A DNA stretch of 24,134 nt from the NCBI GenBank assembly GCA_002269645.1, contig NIVC01001042.1, positions 1 through 24,134 of the forward strand. The letters run 5' to 3'. Below, in pieces: positions 17,235-24,134 of the stretch; position 1 is the stretch's first letter; every line of letters begins with the position of its first letter. Made by a program: the position numbers and the translations under genes. Under the pieces are notes generated by a model. That model did no database searches. It saw only the letters and a program-made list of their open reading frames with translations, and had not been told where the DNA came from. The DNA is from Macrostomum lignano (lineage: Eukaryota).

Positions 17235-19179
17235 GTAATATAACTTCATAAAGCCGCACAGTAAATATCCTTTACTCTGAAAATTCACATTAAGTTTCAC
17301 TTTCAATTTCTCGTACGTATTTCAGCGAAGAAGAATTCAGTCAGCAACTGCACAGTTCTCCAGCAGGCTGGCTTTGAGCAGACCCGAGCTGCCCTTCAGA
17401 GCTCGTGTGCGACGTCCTGCAGCGCATACTAAGACAACGCCTACGCAGCGAAGAAGTTTTTGTTGTTGGCAGCTACTCGGAAGGCTGGGGAAACAGCCTC
17501 AGCCATTTGGATGGCAGAACGGACCCAGAATCCGACATAGACGTGATGCAGCTCATACCAGGAAGGATTTATCACCTGAAAGATGTCTGCAGGTGCACTG
17601 ATCCTGACTCTGAACTAGTTGTGGAATTGACAACGGTCATATAATCTGTGAAGGATATGGTAAGCATATTTTTATTTCTCTAATCTCGAAACTCTAAAGC
17701 TCGAAGTTATAATAGTCTTCAGTAATTTACCAATCTCAATCAGCTTCCAGCCCAGCCCGGCCAGAGAACGGTTCGACTCTCCGACCCGCCGTGGACCGCG
17801 TGAGCGCCTGTCGCCTCTGCTGCTATCCTCCAATCGGGCCGCTGCAGCCTCATCGACTGGCCAAATCCAGCATCCCACAACCGGTGCTGCAGTCTCTCAC
17901 AAGCGAGCTCGAAGCCTCGCCCTGTCACGTGGTTCACGCGGCACCTCCTGGACAAGCCGGCAAGCAGCTCCGAGTGAGCACCACCTTCTTAGAGAGACGC
18001 CTGCTACGGAGTCTCACGACTCTGCAGGGCCAGCTGTTCGTCACGCTCAAGTTTCTGGTCAAGAAGGTGATCGGTCGCAGAGTTCACGGTCTGAAGGCGT
18101 ATCACGCGAAGACGGTCACGTTCCGAATGCTTGAAGAGACACCAGAAGAGCAGTGGAAGCCGGAGAACCTTGTGACACTCATCCGTCGATCGGTGCAGAT
18201 GCTGTTGGACAGTGTCGAGACGAGTCGTTCCGCTGACAATACAGATGGTCGAATCATGGAGCATTTCTTCTTGAGCGATGCAGCTTTGTATCTGAAGGGT
18301 GCCGATCGCAGCAGTTTTGAAGAGATCGTGCAAGTTCTTCGAGACGTGATCGACCACTTGCCCCAGCTTCTGATGAGCTTCAAAAACAGCCTGTACCAAA
18401 TTGGGTCAAACAATTTGTTTCATTTTCACCCATTTCTTATTCTCCCAGAGATCGATCCAAAGTTTTCAACAGGGCTGCACTTCCGCGATTATTACAGCAT
18501 CTATGACATCGTAAGAGATTCGTTTGAATCTCTGGTCGTGCCTGACTTTAGCCGTGAATTCGAAGCCTCCCTGGTGAAGAAGATTGGCAGGTTGCCAGAC
18601 TGTGCTAGATCAGCTCGCGAGAGCCTCAGGGCCCTGGTCTGCCTGAAATTTAACGATACAGTTGCCGCCTCTGATGTTTTGTTGGACTGCAACGGTCACA
18701 TAGTAAGCAGAGGCATTAAGGAATTCGCTTCTAGACCCGCAGAAGGGTCAGGGGAGTCGGCAGTATTCAACCAGCTATGCAACAGCGACCTAGCCTGGAG
18801 ATTCAGCTTCATGTTCCTAAGCCGGCCGGATCTGTCCAGCCTCCTACCGGATCATCTGGCCACCTGGTTTCCCCTGCGAATGGAGAACTACGACGCGTTC
18901 TACTATATAAACTTTGATTGCCTGCTGCTTTGTCTGAGTTGCGAGCTGCGAGTCAAAAGCGCCGAGGCTCGGAACGCTTGGCTTCTGGGTCTGCTTCTGC
19001 GCGACGAAGCAGACATTCAGGAACTGCTCACTGCCATGCGATACTGCTCAGATCACAGTCTGGCTCTATCGGTGATTAGAAAATTTCAAACAAGCATTCA
19101 AAGCCACGAGCTAACGTCTAAAGAACTGATAAGATTTCAACAGGAGCGTCTTCTAGCTGATTTACCACAGGCCTTCTAG
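15768..19179 (+). CDS. Gene B: ankyrin-repeat (about 13) + Mab-21/cGAS-like nucleotidyltransferase (cGLR-type) + C-terminal helical domain; 3 coding exons, about 1080 aa after repair of 4 frameshift sites
   Basis: Exons 15768-17234, 17326-17659 and 17744-19179; GT..AG introns of 91 bp (phase 2) and 84 bp (phase 1) at the same positions as in gene A. Motifs: VVGSYSEGWG (17468-17485), SDIDVM (17534-17542), VDRVSA (D at 17794), LKAYHAKT. Confidence 0.88.
17326..17659 (+). CDS. Gene B exon 2: Mab-21/cGAS-like spine helix and catalytic GS...DxD
   Basis: tttcAG|CGAAGAAG; reconstructed EEEFSQQLHTVLQQAGFEQTRAALQSSCADVLQRILRQRLRSEEVFVVGSYSEGWGNSLSHLDGRTDPESDIDVMQL...DNGHIICEGY-G|GTAAGC. Confidence 0.85.
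17744..19179 (+). CDS. Gene B exon 3: remainder of Mab-21 domain plus C-terminal domain
   Basis: caatcAG|CTTCCAGC; uninterrupted frame including track ORF 17791..19179; TAG stop at 19177-19179. Confidence 0.9.
17751..18383 (+). repeat. Right arm of the 633-bp inverted repeat (partner 11869-12501)
   Basis: CCCAGCCCGGCCAGAGAACGG ... CTGATGAGCTTCAA; the arms enclose about 5.25 kb. Confidence 0.95.
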
Positions 19180-19286
19180 AAGTTTGATAATTTGCTTTTT
19201 TACTTTCTACAACATCTTGCGCAACGCTTTGTACTTCGGTTAGTAGTTCGTAACAAACATAATGCCCGAAGTTAAATTTGTGTCCC

Positions 19287-19606
19287 ATAATAATACAATA
19301 ATAATAATTGATTACACTTGTCCTCGTGGCCAGATGTGCAACCGACAGCTCAGCCGCAGCTATTTCGCGCGCATCTGAAGGCTGCGTACGGCTGTTCAGT
19401 TCAAGGACTGGGGGGTGGCCACACACACCCTCAATTACCCCAACTTTTGCTGGCACCCATTTTACAGCTGGGGAACTGAAGCAATGCAGAGTTAAGTGTC
19501 TTGCTCAAATGGAACACCAATTGCTACGACTGGGTCAAAATTCGAACCCCGACCTTTCATTCGTGAGTCCGATGCTCCAACCACTAGGCTACAAACCCGC
19601 CTCCTC
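19287..19606 (-). mobile_element. tRNA-derived SINE with a CORE (MIR-like) domain and (ATT)n-like tail
   Basis: Minus strand: A-box-like TAGCCTAGTGG (19591-19581), B-box GGTTCGAATT (19548-19539), CORE-like TTGAGCAAGACACTTAACTCTGCATTGCTTCAGTTCCCAGCTGTAAAATGGG (19508-19456; compare recalled MIR core TTGGGCAAGTCACTTAACCTCTCTGTGCCTCAGTTTCCTCATCTGTAAAATGGG), tail ATTATTATTATTGTATTATTAT. Confidence 0.8.
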
Positions 19607-20534
19607 GTGCCGCATGAATATTTTTAGATTGAAATACCATCTACTACATCATGCTTCTCTATAATACAAAAAAAATTATTTCAACTGAATCAAACAGTCG
19701 GGGACCCTAGACCACTCCAACTGGAACAAGGAGGGCTTTCTAAGAAATGGCAGTCGTAACAGTGCTGCTCCTGCTGCCGCTTCTCCAGATAGAAAAAGTC
19801 CAACAAGAAAGAAGCAGCTCTTGCCTTTATCTAGTTTTCTTTTTTTATTTTAGTTGATTCTGTCTCTCAGACTCCCTGCAGTGGCGTTGCAGAGCAGTGG
19901 AGGGACAGGCGGAGGCTTCTTGAGAGAAACTAAATCGGACTTCCATCAGAGAGAGCCTCGTCCTCAATTTTCTTGTCCTTCAGGACCAGTTTTAATCAAT
20001 CAAGCAGAACAGCTGCCCCCGCTGCACCCTCACCCACTGCTGCAGCATAAGTGAGGAGCGTTGAGAGCTGAGCCGAGAATGCGGTATGAGCACACGCGAT
20101 GGTCAGTGCAGTCAAGCCCTAGCCTCAACTCCAGCAGCCAGATGCAAGTGCAGCTGCCGCATCATAATCCATCATCATTTTGTTAATGCGACAACAGCAA
20201 CCCCAGCTAATCCCCCAGCCGAACACCAAAGCCCCAGTAAAGGAAGAAAGTGCGCTATTTGGCTTCATTTTGGTTCAAACAAATCAGCGCCAGTGTGCAG
20301 TGTTAGTTTGGCTGAGCTGCGAGTGGAGCTCTGTATCTGGGGATGGGGATCAGTATGATGCTGCTGAGGTCTTAGCTATCCTGTACTCTGTGTTTTTTAT
20401 TCTTATAGGACACATTATCAATGATACTTGCTTTCTTGATGTGAGTTTCCTGTCTCAAAGAAAGTTATATAATTCTTCTGTTTCATGGTATAATATTTGT
20501 CTGAAATTTTTCTTCATTTCTTTTGGCACTTCTT

Positions 20535-20675
20535 GTCCGCTCTCCTCATCATTCTTCTCCTTATCCTCCATCTCCTCCTCCTTCTCCTTCCCCTCCTTCT
20601 CCCCTCTTTCTCCTGCTCCTCCTCCTTCTCCTCCTCCTCCTCCCCGTTCTCCTTCTTGTACTTCTCCCCTTGTCC
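20535..20675. repeat. Pyrimidine-rich low-complexity (CCT/CTT)-type tract
   Basis: ctcctcatcattcttctccttatcctcc...cctcctcctccc; source of ORFs 20497..20724, 20514..20714 and 20523..20705. Confidence 0.85.
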
Positions 20676-21227
20676 TTGTCTTCTCAAAGTCTCATCTCTT
20701 TTTGAAACTATCAAGTATTTTTAAAGGCAACACTCTGGTAATCCGTTTTGAATGACATTCCATAATGATTTTTCCCATGCAATAGCAATTTAAAAAAACC
20801 TCAATAAAGGCATTTAAAAACTTTGGCCCTACAAGACTGAAAATTTCTCCAAAGCCTCACTCAGGTTACAACGGTGCCACAGAGAAGAGCAGTCCACAAC
20901 AGCAGCGCTCAAAATACACACACTAAAGACCCGAGAAGTGTGACTGCTGCAAACTCTGACTGAGCAGCAAATGGGGCAAAGCTGTTGCAGGGCTGCGCTT
21001 TTCACGCGCTCAGGTGCCGCTGCAGCCACACAGCTGCTGGGTGGGGCGACGAAGCAGCAGGGCTTACGCAGTGGGCTCGTCTTCTGAGAGAGCGACTTCT
21101 CGCTTGAAGGAGTAACTGATAGAGAAAGTAAAACGTGCCTTATTGAACACGTGTCAGAACTCCTGTTACACAGATTGTGTCGGAGTAGAATTCTAGGTGT
21201 GGCTGTAGGTGGATAAGTATTCAGAAC

Positions 21228-22640
<1,413 letters not shown>

Positions 22641-23587
22641 TAGTACACGTATCTACATATAGTCAAAGCTACTTAATGCATACATAGGTGGAAGCCACAC
22701 TGAAAAGTGCAGCTACTTTGGATTCCGCAAGCCTCTTTGCAGCTGCTGTGTGATTGGACAGGAACCGCGAGTCCTGGACTGGAGGAAACTGGATTGGAAG
22801 GCGCGGCCATGGCATAGAAGCGGAGCAGACAGACGGGATAAAAATGATCCTATCGCGGACGCCACGCCTCCCATTTCCAACTGCCTGAGCTGGCGTCACA
22901 GATCCACTCCCAGCCGAGATCCCCAATGCCGAGAATGCGATTCCGGAGCTGCCCAGTCTGACCTCACCTTGAAAGCGGCACAGAGCGCAGCTCCGGCGGA
23001 GCCAAGCAAAGAAGAGGGCGAAGACAGAAACCCGGCATTGCGGATCTGTCTTTCTTTGCATTTGCTTTTTCTGCCGCAGCCTCACGACCCTGCCGCCGGT
23101 GACAATTTCCGTGGCGGCTCGGCTGCTTTCTACCTGATCCCTTCTCCGCCCTCCCTACTAGAAAGTGCAGCGCAGCAAGGAGAGACCGACTGAAGGGAGT
23201 AGAAGAGAGCTCAATACGTGTCTCCAAGGCTGAGACTTTAGAAAGTCTTCAAGGATTCTTCTCTCGATAAGCCTCTGTCAAGAAGCTGTCGAGTGTAGCA
23301 TCGTGTAAGTGGCTCTCGTCCAATTTGTTTGGCAAAGTGCGCAGCAAATGAATATGCTTGGCAAGCCTGCCCACATTTCACTCTTTTTTTGAGATTTTAG
23401 CATACAGACTTTTCTTAGATATAAACAGCTGCAACTCGTAGGTAGGGAATACAGGATTAAGTATAAGTCGTAGACTATTGTTAAGCGTAGACATGCAGAA
23501 GTCATTGATGCTCGAAATATATCATCTGTAGGTCCTGTTCACCATAGGTAAATAGAGACATTCCCTGATCATAATAGACGTATTTTG

Positions 23588-24134
23588 TGGTTATTATTAG
23601 GCGTCCTTAGTTATTACATACAACCTTCACACTAAGCGTCCTTAGATATTGCATACATCCTTGATCATTAAGCGTCCTTAGTTATTACATACTTGTACAT
23701 CCTTGATTATTAGGCGTCCTTAGTTATTAAATACAATCTTGATCATTAGGCGTCCTTAATATTACATACATCCTTGATTAGTAGGCAATCATTGATATTA
23801 CATACATCCTCGATCATTAAGCATCAATAGTTAGTACACAACATCCTTGACATTAAGTATCACTAGTTAGTACACACATCTCTAATCATTAAGTATCATT
23901 AGTTAGTACACATATCCTAATCATAAGTATCATTAGTTAGTACACAACATCCTTGATCATTAAGCATTATTAGCTAGTGTAAACATCCTTGATCATTACA
24001 CATTCTTGGTTATTACATACATCCTTGATCATAAGAATCCTTGGTTATTGCATACATCCTTGATCATTAAGCATTATTTGTTAGTGTACACATCCTTGAT
24101 GCATAAGAATCCTTGGTTATTACATACATCCTTG
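23588..24134. repeat. Degenerate AT-rich tandem repeat, about 36-38 bp unit, about 15 copies, running off the right edge
   Basis: Consensus approximately ATCCTTGATCATTAAGCGTCCTTAGTTATTACATAC, with variant blocks. Confidence 0.88.

Noticed and set aside
11241-18413. Antisense or alternative-frame ORFs overlapping genes A and B (for example 11823..12248, 12297..12506, 17740..17955, 18004..18399, 18102..18413)
   Set aside because: Shadows of the real coding strand; their duplication just reflects the 633-bp inverted block.
20180-20755. 191-aa ORF and overlapping low-complexity ORFs
   Set aside because: TTG or other non-ATG starts, dominated by the CCT-rich tract, no recognisable domain.

Overview
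Eukaryotic, intron-containing animal genomic DNA, most likely from an invertebrate long-read assembly (the organism cannot be fixed from sequence alone). From left to right: (1) a frameshifted Ty3/gypsy LTR retrotransposon on the minus strand with SCAN-like Gag and the unusual Gmr1-type pol order protease-integrase-RT, running off the left edge; (2) a minisatellite-rich stretch (16, 21, 60, 87, 40 and 36 bp units) containing probable coiled-coil exons; (3) an ankyrin-repeat exon at 9.4-10.0 kb; (4) the main feature, two paralogous 3-exon genes arranged head-to-head with 419 bp between start codons, each encoding a long ankyrin array (about 21 and about 13 repeats) fused to a Mab-21/cGAS-like (cGLR-type) nucleotidyltransferase with an intact acidic triad and an unnamed C-terminal domain. 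The paralogs are strongly diverged except for one 633-bp exonic block that is about 98.6% identical and forms an inverted repeat around both promoters and both ankyrin arrays; (5) a tRNA-derived CORE-type SINE, a 1.4-kb (GATA)n array and an AT-rich satellite at the right edge. All frameshifts in the gene pair can be repaired by restoring bases lost from short runs, which suggests consensus errors rather than pseudogenization.
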